A stretch of DNA of 64,000 nt from Bacteroidia bacterium (GTDB lineage: Bacteria; Bacteroidota; Bacteroidia; UKL13-3): contig JBILVK010000001.1 of NCBI GenBank assembly GCA_044370475.1, positions 53,969 through 117,968 of the forward strand. Direction: 5' to 3'. Below, piece after piece: positions 26,504 through 36,538 of this stretch. How positions within the stretch are numbered: the first letter of the stretch is position 1; each line of letters starts with the position of its first letter. A model generated the notes under the pieces. It saw nothing but the letters and a program-made list of their open reading frames with translations. It was not told the DNA's origin and did not search any database. The position numbers and the translations under genes were made by a program.

Positions 26504-29035
26504 TTATTGTTTTATCATTTTAAGTAAAAATTGCGATTTCTCATTGGTCAATTTGATAAAATAAAGTCCTCTAGACAAGTCTCTAGTATCTAATTTTAAA
26601 TCCCAAAAATAAGTTCCTTCTTTCACCCTTTCTCCCGAAAAATTATATATTTCAAATGCGGATCCTTCACTTAAAAATTCGCCTCCAGATAAAGTGATAA
26701 AATCTTCAAATGGATTAGGATAAATGTTGGGGCGGTCTGAACCAATGTGTGCTTCCACAAAATCAACCATGCTTAATTTAAAATAATCAGACGTGTCTGA
26801 TAGGTTCAGACCAACGGCTTTTATTAAAACAATACCCGTTGGCACTACAAACTCGCTTGCGATTACAGCAGAAACAGAGTCCAGCTGTGCCGAATACCTA
26901 CCAAGCAAAATCAAACTTTTTAAAGAATCCATGCTAAAAAAAACATCCAAAGAATCCATGCCTAAAGCGTCCCAAGTAACAACAGCATTGCCCCTTTTCA
27001 TCCAAATATCGCTGGCCGTAGGCCTTAATACCTTTATATAACCAGATGCTGCCGTATCTGCTACATATGTCATATTCGAAAAATTAATACGGTCTGCCCA
27101 CTCAGGAAAATCAATAAAAGGATTGCGATTCCCTTGCGTAACGGCGATAAACTCATTTCTGGCAATTTCCATACTACTAGGTGGATCTTGCCTGTGCCAC
27201 TCTCTTAGTAAAGCTAAATTCTGATTCACTGGTATAGACCAATTTCGCCCTCCAATTCCATGGTAGCAAGCAGCCATGTAAAATAAAGCCCTAGCAATAT
27301 CTCCCTTTTGCTCTGCTCTTGGCTCATACGCTGTTCTATTTGAACTGTCTTTACCTACAACACCAAAGCCTGTTGGAGAGGTATAAGTTGCGGTTACCAC
27401 CTCATCAAACGGATTATTACTTCTTCTTGCATTGGCATTGGCCTGATGTGCAGGAAATAAATTATGTAAGTCATTATACTCGGGCAATTCTTTAGTGGTG
27501 CCAACGGCATTTGGCCAATCTGGGTTCCCAGAATTACTTGGCATCCAACTTTGAGGCCATGTATGCTCACGCGTTAATACAGCCCCATTGTTGCCATTTG
27601 CCCATAAAAATGGTTCATTGTATAAAAACTGGTGGTTTGTATAAACACAAGTCACTACTTTCTTGCCGGCCGATGTATCTCTTGTAAGCCATGGATTTAC
27701 CAACCTAGAAATATAATTGCTATAATAAATAGTATCATGAGGATTAATCTTAGCACTTAAACTGCTCACAAAATTGGGGTTATTTGGGTTGATCCCTTGG
27801 TAATAATTGCCAAAACTGCGACCCGTACTTGTTACAGTACCAGAAATAACACCACTTTGATGATAGTTTTCATAGCCAGCTGGACCATTAAAACTATAGC
27901 AGGCAAAGGAATATTGGGTGTTTGCTAAAATATAAGTAGGCGAAATTGCCATGGCACTATCAGAAATATACAACACTTGAGAACTACCTATATAATCTCC
28001 TACATTGTAGGTAGAACCATCCACAGGCGCATCTGTTATGGCACCTCCTTGTTTTTTTAGCACCATAAACTTCTCTGGCCCTGGCGCACTGAATTGATAG
28101 TTGCCTACAAATCCAAAGGGCTTTAGATTTGTAAAAGTAAGATTACTCAGAATGGTACTCGGCTCTGTGGCAACTGTTCCACCAATGCCATATAAATTTA
28201 ACACAAAAGGATTCTTTAATGAATCATTGCAAAATATTTTCATTTGCGCCTTTCTAGAACCTTGCGCACCGGCAGTAAACAACACAGATATATTTACAGA
28301 AGAACTTGCACTAATAAGCAAAGGTAGCCCAGCCACACTAAAATCAGCTTTTGCATCACCATAAAAAACAATGCTATCTACTGATAAAGATTGAGCCGTA
28401 CCCCTATTTTCAATGGTAAATGCACTACTTGCACTTGTTCCTATTACTGTGTTTCCACCACTCAACTGTTGAGCAGCGTTTTTAAACACAAAAATATTAG
28501 CAGAAGGTGGTGCAGGCGCTGCCTGAATTAAAACAGAATCTAGCCCCATATTGCCACCTGGCACTCCAGATACACCACCAGGCAATTTCTGGGTATAAAA
28601 AAAACGAATATACCTTGCCGAAGCGCTAGGAAAATCTGTATACTTACTATTGTTATAATTTGTTGATGAGTTTGCCTTACTGGTAACAGACCTTAGTGTT
28701 GTCCATGTTGTACCATTTGAACTTTCTTGAACATCAAACTGTCCGCCCCATGCCGCACCTGCATTTTGCGGACTCAAATAATAACTCAATGCACCTGGCT
28801 TATCCGCTATTTGAATAAGCACATATTCATTAGTGGCATCCAACCTGCAAGAAAGATTATCTCCTATTCCAAAAGCATAGGTCAAATTGCCATTGGTTCC
28901 TAATCCTAATGTCCAACCAACAGGTGGGCTCCCAATACCCGGAGAGCTAAAATTCCAACTGGTTGGCAAATTCGTTTGCGCCAATAAACTGAGTTGAAAT
29001 AGGACCAAAACTAGCCCAAAAAGAAATTTTTTCAT
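26504..29035 (-). CDS. T9SS-secreted endonuclease I family nuclease with Ig/FN3-like domains
   Basis: REHTWPQSW, DLHNLFPA..NARRSN, KGDIARALFYM, QGNRNPFID.PEW; IYPNPF CTD; start MKKFLF (29035) gives a signal peptide. Confidence 0.9.
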   Translation of the reverse strand: MKKFLFGLVLVLFQLSLLAQTNLPTSWNFSSPGIGSPPVGWTLGLGTNGNLTYAFGIGDNLSCRLDATNEYVLIQIADKPGALSYYLSPQNAGAAWGGQFDVQESSNGTTWTTLRSVTSKANSSTNYNNSKYTDFPSASARYIRFFYTQKLPGGVSGVPGGNMGLDSVLIQAAPAPPSANIFVFKNAAQQLSGGNTVIGTSASSAFTIENRGTAQSLSVDSIVFYGDAKADFSVAGLPLLISASSSVNISVLFTAGAQGSRKAQMKIFCNDSLKNPFVLNLYGIGGTVATEPSTILSNLTFTNLKPFGFVGNYQFSAPGPEKFMVLKKQGGAITDAPVDGSTYNVGDYIGSSQVLYISDSAMAISPTYILANTQYSFACYSFNGPAGYENYHQSGVISGTVTSTGRSFGNYYQGINPNNPNFVSSLSAKINPHDTIYYSNYISRLVNPWLTRDTSAGKKVVTCVYTNHQFLYNEPFLWANGNNGAVLTREHTWPQSWMPSNSGNPDWPNAVGTTKELPEYNDLHNLFPAHQANANARRSNNPFDEVVTATYTSPTGFGVVGKDSSNRTAYEPRAEQKGDIARALFYMAACYHGIGGRNWSIPVNQNLALLREWHRQDPPSSMEIARNEFIAVTQGNRNPFIDFPEWADRINFSNMTYVADTAASGYIKVLRPTASDIWMKRGNAVVTWDALGMDSLDVFFSMDSLKSLILLGRYSAQLDSVSAVIASEFVVPTGIVLIKAVGLNLSDTSDYFKLSMVDFVEAHIGSDRPNIYPNPFEDFITLSGGEFLSEGSAFEIYNFSGERVKEGTYFWDLKLDTRDLSRGLYFIKLTNEKSQFLLKMIKQ

Positions 29036-29213
29036 AGAAACTGGATTTATTTTAAAAAAGCAAGGTAGCTCTTTATTCTGGCATTTTAGCAAAGCCGTTT
29101 TTCGTCCATTTTCCGCCATTCTCGGTCTGAACCAAACTCCGATAGTGTTTTAAATGCTTTAGTTTTATTTCAAAATTTAATTTGATAACAAAAGCTTAAA
29201 TAAAATTTAACTT

Positions 29214-30509
29214 ATGAATGAAGATTTACTCCAATTTGTATGGCAATACAAATACTTACTCAACAAAAAACTCATAACTACCGATGGCAGACCCTTGGAG
29301 ATTATAAAACCTGGGCTGTTAAACAACGGCTCAGGTCCTGATTTCTTTAATGCCCAAATTAGGCTATCAAATACCACTTGGGTAGGAAATGTGGAAGTTC
29401 ATATTAAAAGCAGCGATTGGATCAAACATAAACACCATTTAGATAAAGCTTACGACAATGTAATCCTGCATGTAGTTTGGGAGCACGATACAGAAATCAT
29501 TAATCACGAGGGTGAATTCTTGCCTACCTTAGAAATTAAAGACCTTCTTTCCAAAGAAATGATGGTAAACTACCAAAATTTAATGTTGGGAAATAATGAC
29601 ATTCCATGTTCGCCCATTTTTCAAAAATTACCTGCCGTTGAATGGACCTTTTGGATTGAAAAATTATCGGTAGAAAGATTAGAAAAAAAACACAACAATT
29701 TATTTGAAACATTAAACAAACTAAATGGAAATTGGGAAGCACTTTTATATCATCAAATTGCCATTGCATTTGGCCAAAAAACGAATGCCATGCCATTTGA
29801 ATTATTAAGCTTTCAACTACCAAATTCAATATTGGGCAAATACACTTCAGACCTCATTGCAATTCAATCATTGGTGTTAGGAACAGCAGGATTTCTAAAT
29901 AAAAAAATGAGCAATGAATATAATCAAACTTTACAAAACAATTTCCAATTTCTAAGTAAAAAACATGAACTAAAATGCCTCGATAATTCAATCTGGAAAT
30001 TTGGCAGAACCAGACCCGCAAACTTCCCTACACTTAGACTATTTCAATTTGCAGAATGGATGAGAATTAACCCAAGCCCCCTCGCACAGTACATAAAATG
30101 CAATACGGTGAAAGAGGTGAAGAGTTTAACAAATATTAAGGGAAAGCAGCAGGTTGATATTGGCGATTTACATCCAAACGGCAAAGAATCTCATATAGAA
30201 AAAGTTGCTATTTCAGAATCATTTTTTGACTCCATTTTAATCAATGCCATCATACCTGTTTTATTTGCTTATGGCAAACACAATCAACTATATTGGTTAT
30301 GCAACAAAGTACAAGATTGGACATGGGAAATACCTGCTGAAGAAAATCATATTACCAACCAATGGGAGAAGCTTGGAATTTTTAGTGCCAATGCGAAAGA
30401 ATCGCAAGCATTAATTCAACTAAAAAACTATTATTGCATAAACAAAAAATGTTTGTCATGCGCTATAGGAAACCATTTATTAAAACCTCAAAAAGAAGCT
30501 ATCTATTAG
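29214..30509 (+). CDS. DUF2851 family protein
   Basis: MNEDLLQFVW, GPDFFNA, GNVEVH.KSSDW..H.H, RPANFPTLR, YC..KKCL.CAIG. Confidence 0.9.
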   Translation: MNEDLLQFVWQYKYLLNKKLITTDGRPLEIIKPGLLNNGSGPDFFNAQIRLSNTTWVGNVEVHIKSSDWIKHKHHLDKAYDNVILHVVWEHDTEIINHEGEFLPTLEIKDLLSKEMMVNYQNLMLGNNDIPCSPIFQKLPAVEWTFWIEKLSVERLEKKHNNLFETLNKLNGNWEALLYHQIAIAFGQKTNAMPFELLSFQLPNSILGKYTSDLIAIQSLVLGTAGFLNKKMSNEYNQTLQNNFQFLSKKHELKCLDNSIWKFGRTRPANFPTLRLFQFAEWMRINPSPLAQYIKCNTVKEVKSLTNIKGKQQVDIGDLHPNGKESHIEKVAISESFFDSILINAIIPVLFAYGKHNQLYWLCNKVQDWTWEIPAEENHITNQWEKLGIFSANAKESQALIQLKNYYCINKKCLSCAIGNHLLKPQKEAIY

Positions 30510-31030
30510 TTCTTTTTTTCTTCTTTACATTTGCCCTTTTTGCACAAAATTCTATCTTATTTATTAATGCCAGCGAGGGTAAAATTATCAAGGCTAAGGT
30601 AGGGGATCAACTAAGCATTTCCTATCGCGGATACTTGGGTCAGACCGAAACCTTTTTAAACACTTTAACACAAGTGAATGATAGCACTTTTGTGCTGGGC
30701 AAAATAGAATCAAACACAAAACAATTCTTTGGCAAAACATCAAATAAACCAGTTTCCTATAAAGAAATTAAATACTCAGATGTAATAGCGTTTAGAAGAT
30801 CTAGTCCGGGTAGGGTTATTCTAAAAGCCACCTTAACCTTGGCCACAGCCGTAGGTTCAATTTTATTATTAGATAGGCTAAATGAATCCTCAGAATTATC
30901 AGATTTTGGTAAAATTGGGGTCTCTTTAGGCATAGGTTTAGGCATCAATATGCTTACAAACCTTGCAATGCCAGATAATCCTAAGTACAAGTTAAGTGAT
31001 GGCTGGCAAATAAATCCCGTAAAAGAATAA
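30458..31030 (+). CDS. hypothetical exported/membrane protein
   Basis: Signal-peptide-like segment ending FALFAQ, two C-terminal hydrophobic helices; start uncertain, overlaps DUF2851 end. Confidence 0.65.
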   Translation: MRYRKPFIKTSKRSYLLVLFFFFTFALFAQNSILFINASEGKIIKAKVGDQLSISYRGYLGQTETFLNTLTQVNDSTFVLGKIESNTKQFFGKTSNKPVSYKEIKYSDVIAFRRSSPGRVILKATLTLATAVGSILLLDRLNESSELSDFGKIGVSLGIGLGINMLTNLAMPDNPKYKLSDGWQINPVKE

Positions 31031-31059
31031 TTTTTTTATAACTTCGCTCATGAAGAATT

Positions 31060-31278
31060 ATGGAAAAAATCAAATTTTTTATCGAAAAACGAGTCTTTGG
31101 AGTATGTAGCTACATGGGCGATCGTCTGGGAATTTCCTCAGGTAAAATAAGATTGTATTTCATCTATACCTCATTTATAACAATGGGTTCTCCAATTATT
31201 ATCTATTTAATTATTGCTTTTTGGCTGAATATTAAAAAATACACCAAGCCAAGTAAAAACACTTTGTGGGAAATTTAA
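31060..31278 (+). CDS. PspC-domain small membrane protein
   Basis: FGVCSYMGDRLGI...IRLYFIY.SF...GSPIIIYL; -7-like TAACTTCG at 31039-31046. Confidence 0.8.
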   Translation: MEKIKFFIEKRVFGVCSYMGDRLGISSGKIRLYFIYTSFITMGSPIIIYLIIAFWLNIKKYTKPSKNTLWEI

Positions 31279-31290
31279 TCAACCTATCCA

Positions 31291-32400
31291 TTGAGTAGAG
31301 CTAGATTAATTTTAATATTACTTAGTTTATATATTTTCGCTGCATTTACATGGTGGACGTATGCGCATTGCATTAACTCAAAGTTAATTTTTGAACAGAA
31401 AAAGAATCTCTTAGAATTAAATTGCTATAAGGCAAGCTTTGATTTACAAGGTGCCATAGACCAACAACTTTTTGAAGACAGCATTGGCATGAGAAAGTTC
31501 TTTGCCTCTAATTATCCTGAGTTGGAGGTAGTGATTCTTGACCCTTTTTTACCCTTGGATAATTTTATGATTAGGCCAAGTATAGATAGCTATCAGGCGC
31601 TAGAAAAAGGCCTAAATCGCAAACTATTTATGTATGTGGCGGAAGGTGTAGTGATGATGCTACTATTGCTTGTTGGTGTAATTGTTATTTACCGGAGTTT
31701 TAAAAAGGAATTGGTGCTCAATAAGCTTCAGAATAATTTTTTGTTATCTGTTACACACGAGTTAAAAACTCCGCTCACCGCAATGAAATTGTATATGGAA
31801 ACCTTGCTCAAAAGACATCTCAATCCAGAACAAATTCATACCATTGCGCAGAATTCCTTAAATGAAACAGAGCGATTAAAAGACCAAGTAGAAAAATTGC
31901 TGCTTTCTGCACAATTAGATAGCAGCAAATATGTTTTAGACAAGCATAATATTAACCTGAGTGAGCTTACAGAGGAGTTTGTTATTAATTACAACAAGCC
32001 TAGGCCAGAAAGTGAAGCAATCGATTTAAACATTCAAGATCAAGTAATTGTTAAAGCCGATGCAACTGCAATAGAAATGATTTTGTCTAACCTCATTGGT
32101 AATGCATTGAAATATGCTGGACCAATAGGGAAGGTAAAAGTTTCTTTAAAACAAGAAGGGAATTTTATACTATTGTCGGTAGATGATAATGGCCCTGGAA
32201 TCAATGAAGACGACAAGAAAATGCTTTTTAATAAGTTTTTTAGGATAGGGGATGAGAATACCCGAAAAACAAAAGGGACAGGCTTGGGGTTATTTATTGT
32301 AAAGCATTTGGTTCAACTACACAATGGTAAAATAAGTGTGATTGATAATGTGCCAAATGGAACTATTTTTCAAATTAAATTAGAATCAGATGCAGACTAG
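31291..32400 (+). CDS. membrane sensor histidine kinase
   Basis: 2 TM; NFLLSVTHELKTPL; NLIGNALKY; DNGPGI; GTGLGL; TTG start. Confidence 0.93.
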   Translation: MSRARLILILLSLYIFAAFTWWTYAHCINSKLIFEQKKNLLELNCYKASFDLQGAIDQQLFEDSIGMRKFFASNYPELEVVILDPFLPLDNFMIRPSIDSYQALEKGLNRKLFMYVAEGVVMMLLLLVGVIVIYRSFKKELVLNKLQNNFLLSVTHELKTPLTAMKLYMETLLKRHLNPEQIHTIAQNSLNETERLKDQVEKLLLSAQLDSSKYVLDKHNINLSELTEEFVINYNKPRPESEAIDLNIQDQVIVKADATAIEMILSNLIGNALKYAGPIGKVKVSLKQEGNFILLSVDDNGPGINEDDKKMLFNKFFRIGDENTRKTKGTGLGLFIVKHLVQLHNGKISVIDNVPNGTIFQIKLESDAD

Positions 32401-33106
32401 AATTTTATTAGTGGAGGATGAGGTAAATTTACAGCATGCCATCAAATTAAACCTTGAATTGGAAGGTCATCAAGTGCAGGTCTCAGGAACTGGCACAGAT
32501 GCTATTAAGCGGTTTAGAGAGCAGAAATTCGATTTAGTGGTATTGGATATCATGCTGCCCGAAATGGACGGCTTAATGGTATGCGAAAACATTCGTATGT
32601 ATGACCAGCAAATACCTGTTTTGTTTCTATCTGCCAAAAACACGCCTACAGATAGAATTAACGGCCTAAAAAAGGGTGCAGATGACTACTTAACCAAACC
32701 TTTTGAGCTAGAAGAATTGATTTTACGCATTACTAAGCTCATTGAAAGAAGTAAGCAAATAAAAAGTAGCAATGAAAACAAGGTGCCAAAACTCTTCCAT
32801 TTTGGCAATAATTGGATCAATTTTGAAAACCATGAAGCTTCAGGCATCAACGGCAAATTTGAATTAACAAAAAAAGAAATCATGCTCATGCGCCTACTGA
32901 TAGAAAACAAAGAGCAAGTAGTTAGCAGGGAGCATATCTTAAAAGTTGTTTGGGATTACACGGTTATTCCTAATACCAGAACCATAGACAACTTTATCCT
33001 TGCCTTAAGAAAATACTTTGAGGAGGACCCAAAAAATCCCGCCTTTATTCAATCTGCTAGAGGCATAGGATACAGATTCTCTTCTAACGACCAGGTATTA
33101 GTTTAA
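32390..33106 (+). CDS. OmpR-family response regulator
   Basis: LLVEDE, LDIMLP, GADDYLTKPF, TRTIDNFI..LRK, RGIGYRF. Confidence 0.95.
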   Translation: MQTRILLVEDEVNLQHAIKLNLELEGHQVQVSGTGTDAIKRFREQKFDLVVLDIMLPEMDGLMVCENIRMYDQQIPVLFLSAKNTPTDRINGLKKGADDYLTKPFELEELILRITKLIERSKQIKSSNENKVPKLFHFGNNWINFENHEASGINGKFELTKKEIMLMRLLIENKEQVVSREHILKVVWDYTVIPNTRTIDNFILALRKYFEEDPKNPAFIQSARGIGYRFSSNDQVLV

Positions 33107-33496
33107 ATCGCAATTAAACAACCAGCGAATTCCAAATTTATCGGTTATCATTCCAAAACGAGCGCCCCAAAAGGTGTCTTGTAAGGGCATGGTTATGGTG
33201 CCACCATCAGCCAAATTATTAAATACCCTATCCATCACAAATACTTCTACAAAGCTTAACATCATTTGACTATTGGCGGGAGCTTCTGTTGCTTGCAAAT
33301 CATCACAACCCATGATTTCGTTTTCCTCAAACTTCAAACTTACATGCATCACTTTATTTTCCATGCCTTCTGGAATTTCCATTGGGGAGCCTTCATAACG
33401 ATTAATTTCACCCATTTCGCCTTCGAATACATTTGAATAAAACAGAAAGGCATCTTCACAATTGCCATTGAAATTTAAGTAAGGAGCTAGTTTCAT
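33098..33496 (-). CDS. VOC/PhnB family protein
   Basis: PYLNFNGNCEDAF.FY, VMHVSL, MPLQDTFWGARFGMITDKFGIRW; start at MKLAPY. Confidence 0.9.
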   Translation of the reverse strand: MKLAPYLNFNGNCEDAFLFYSNVFEGEMGEINRYEGSPMEIPEGMENKVMHVSLKFEENEIMGCDDLQATEAPANSQMMLSFVEVFVMDRVFNNLADGGTITMPLQDTFWGARFGMITDKFGIRWLFNCDLN

Positions 33497-33567
33497 AAAT
33501 AATTTATTAAGTGAGGCAAAAGAAACCAGACTCATGGTAAAAAACCATGACTTTGCTCATGCGCTTT

Positions 33568-36456
33568 TTAAGCTAATTCTTTGGCTAAGAATTTTGCAGT
33601 ATGGCTTCGCTTCACTTTTATTAATTCTTCTGGCGTTCCAAAACCAATTAGCTCACCTCCATATTTACCTCCTTCTGGACCAATATCAATCACATGATCT
33701 GCCACTTTTATCATGTCCATATTATGCTCAATCACCAGAACGGTATTCCCTTTTTCAACTAACTTTTGCAATACCTCTAACAACACTTTTACATCCTCAA
33801 AATGCAAGCCTGTTGTGGGCTCATCTAAAATATAAAAAGTATTACCAGTATCTCTCTTACTTAACTCAGTTGCCAGTTTTACGCGTTGTGCCTCGCCACC
33901 ACTTAAGGTAGTACTTTGCTGGCCCATTGTGATATAACCTAATCCAACATCATTTAAGGCAAGAATTTTTCTTAGAATATGAGGGGTGTTTTCAAAGAAA
34001 TGAACAGCTTCCTCAATAGGCATGTTCAATACATCATTTATGCTTTTTCCCTTAAACCTAACTTCTAATGTTTCCCTATTATACCGCTTGCCATTACATG
34101 ATTCACACTTTACATAAACATCAGGCAAGAAATTCATCTCAATGCTGCGCATGCCAGCACCTTGGCATGTTTCGCACCTTCCTCCTTTTACATTAAACGA
34201 GAATCTACCCGGCTTATAACCCCTAATTTTTGCCTCAGGCAAATTGGCAAACAAAGTTCTTATATCTCCAAAGACCTCTACATAAGTTGCAGGATTACTT
34301 CTAGGCGTTCTGCCAATAGGAGATTGATCTATTTCTATCACCTTATCTACATGTTCTAATCCCTTGATAGATTGATATACCAGTGGCTTTTGGTGACTAC
34401 CATAAAAATGTTGGCGTAAAATAGGGTATAATGTTTCGTTGATGAGCGACGATTTTCCACTACCACTCACACCCGTAACACAAATAAAAGTCCCCAATGG
34501 AAAAGAAACATTGAGCTTCTTAAGATTGTTCCCCCCTGCCCCTTTAATTTCTAAAGTTAGTCCATTACCCTTTCTTCTTATGCTAGGAATTTCAATGCGT
34601 TTTGTTCCATTTAAATATTGAGCAGTGATAGAATTACTTTTCAAAATATCACTCATAGTACCCATTGCCGCTATATGTCCACCATGCACACCCGCACCAT
34701 AACCAATATCCAAAATATAATCACTCTCCTCCATCATGTCTTTATCGTGCTCAACAACTATTACACTATTCCCTAAATCTCTTAGCGCTTTTAAAGAATC
34801 TATTAACCTGTTATTATCCCTTTGATGCAAACCAATGCTTGGTTCATCTAAAATATACAAAACTCCCACCAATTGAGACCCAATTTGAGTAGCCAATCTA
34901 ATCCTTTGAGCTTCGCCACCACTCAATGTTTTAGCAGGAGAGTTTAAGGTAAGATAATCTATTCCCACTCCTCTTAAAAACTCAATTCTACTTCTTATTT
35001 CCTTTAAAATTTCAGTAGCAATAATCTGTTGTTTTGCATCCAAATGTTTTTCAATCTGTTCGAACCAATCGCCCAATGCCCCAATCTCCATAGCAGCTAA
35101 TTCGGCGATGTTTTTTTGGCCAATTCTATACTGCAAAGATTCCTTCTTAAGCCTTGCCCCTTGGCAATCTGGACAAATTTGAATCTCCATAAATTCCTCA
35201 GCCCATTTGTATATAGCATCATAACTTTTTTCGTGATAATGCTTAATGATAATTGGCACTAATCCTTCCCATTTACTACTATAATTTTGGGTATAACCAC
35301 TGCTATACTGAAAAGGCACAACCAATGGTTCGTCAGAACCATGTAAAATAACATGTAAAGCTTCCTTTGATATTTTTTCAATAGGATCAGCAAACGAAAA
35401 TTTATGCCTTTTAGCTAATTCTCTTAGTTGAAGAAATGTCCAATTATCTCTAGCCTCCCCAAGAGGAGCTAACGCACCCTTATTGATACTAAGCTTTGTA
35501 TCAGGAATAATTGATTTCTCATCAATAATGCTCTTTAATCCTAAGCCATCACAAGACGGACAAGCTCCGTAAGGCGAATTAAAAGAGAATGTATTGGGTT
35601 GTGGTTCATCATAACTTATTCCACTAATAGGATCCATTAAGAACTTACTATAATGGTATATTTTATCATCCTCATGGTCTAAAACCACCATGGTTCCTTT
35701 ACCAATTTTTAGTGCGCTCTTTACACTTTCTGTAATTCTAAATCTAGCGCCTTTGCTCGTTTCTATCCTATCAATGATAACCTCTATGTCATGAATCTTA
35801 TAACGGTCGGCCTGCATTTTGGGCGTTATCTCCACCACTGCACCATCTAACCTCACCTTGGTATATCCTTGTTTTCTTATCTGTTCAAACAACTCTCTAT
35901 AATGCCCCTTTCTTCCTTTTACCAAAGGTGCCAAAATAGAAATTTTTCTTTGTTCAAATTTGCTAACCAGTGAACCAATAATTTGCTCTTCGGTAAACTT
36001 GACCATTTTCTCACCGCTCACAAAGCTATAGGCATCTGCTGCCCTAGCGTATAGCAACCTCAAGAAATCATAAATTTCTGTAATGGTTCCTACAGTAGAC
36101 CGTGGATTCTTATTTACCGTTTTTTGCTCAATAGCTATTACCGGCGAGAGTCCATTTATCTTATCTACATCTGGCCGTTCCATGTTGCCAATAAACTGTC
36201 TTGCATAGGCAGAAAAACTCTCCATATACCTCCGTTGTCCCTCAGCAAAAATAGTGTCAAAAGCCAAAGACGACTTACCACTTCCGCTCAATCCAGTAAT
36301 GGTTACAAGCTTGTTCCTTGGTATAGTAACATCAATATTCTTTAGGTTATGTTCTCTTGCACCTAATACTTCAATCACATCAGACTCGAAGAGTGCTAGC
36401 TCATTCAATCCCGATTCATTCTCTAAGTCGTTTTCCCTAACTTTAATTTCCGTCAT
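33568..36456 (-). CDS. uvrA: excinuclease ABC subunit A
   Basis: GAREHNLKN, GLSGSGKSS, two LSGGEAQR, zinc fingers, DEPTTGLH. Confidence 0.99.
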   Translation of the reverse strand: MTEIKVRENDLENESGLNELALFESDVIEVLGAREHNLKNIDVTIPRNKLVTITGLSGSGKSSLAFDTIFAEGQRRYMESFSAYARQFIGNMERPDVDKINGLSPVIAIEQKTVNKNPRSTVGTITEIYDFLRLLYARAADAYSFVSGEKMVKFTEEQIIGSLVSKFEQRKISILAPLVKGRKGHYRELFEQIRKQGYTKVRLDGAVVEITPKMQADRYKIHDIEVIIDRIETSKGARFRITESVKSALKIGKGTMVVLDHEDDKIYHYSKFLMDPISGISYDEPQPNTFSFNSPYGACPSCDGLGLKSIIDEKSIIPDTKLSINKGALAPLGEARDNWTFLQLRELAKRHKFSFADPIEKISKEALHVILHGSDEPLVVPFQYSSGYTQNYSSKWEGLVPIIIKHYHEKSYDAIYKWAEEFMEIQICPDCQGARLKKESLQYRIGQKNIAELAAMEIGALGDWFEQIEKHLDAKQQIIATEILKEIRSRIEFLRGVGIDYLTLNSPAKTLSGGEAQRIRLATQIGSQLVGVLYILDEPSIGLHQRDNNRLIDSLKALRDLGNSVIVVEHDKDMMEESDYILDIGYGAGVHGGHIAAMGTMSDILKSNSITAQYLNGTKRIEIPSIRRKGNGLTLEIKGAGGNNLKKLNVSFPLGTFICVTGVSGSGKSSLINETLYPILRQHFYGSHQKPLVYQSIKGLEHVDKVIEIDQSPIGRTPRSNPATYVEVFGDIRTLFANLPEAKIRGYKPGRFSFNVKGGRCETCQGAGMRSIEMNFLPDVYVKCESCNGKRYNRETLEVRFKGKSINDVLNMPIEEAVHFFENTPHILRKILALNDVGLGYITMGQQSTTLSGGEAQRVKLATELSKRDTGNTFYILDEPTTGLHFEDVKVLLEVLQKLVEKGNTVLVIEHNMDMIKVADHVIDIGPEGGKYGGELIGFGTPEELIKVKRSHTAKFLAKELA

Positions 36457-36538
36457 TTTTCTTACCCACTCCTAATAATATGTATAAAAGGTTTATTCCC
36501 TCTACGCTAAAAAATCTAATTCAATGAACTACTTATTG

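Noticed and set aside
31050-31109. Out-of-frame 19-codon ORF (MKNYGKNQIFYRKTSLWSM) overlapping the pspC start
   Set aside because: ATG is only 3 nt after the -7 element, probably at or before the TSS; no other support
33532-33550. TCATGGT-N5-ACCATGA hairpin after uvrA
   Set aside because: Short stem without an adjacent U-tract; at most a weak terminator
36457-36538. SOS box upstream of uvrA
   Set aside because: No recognisable palindrome found by eye
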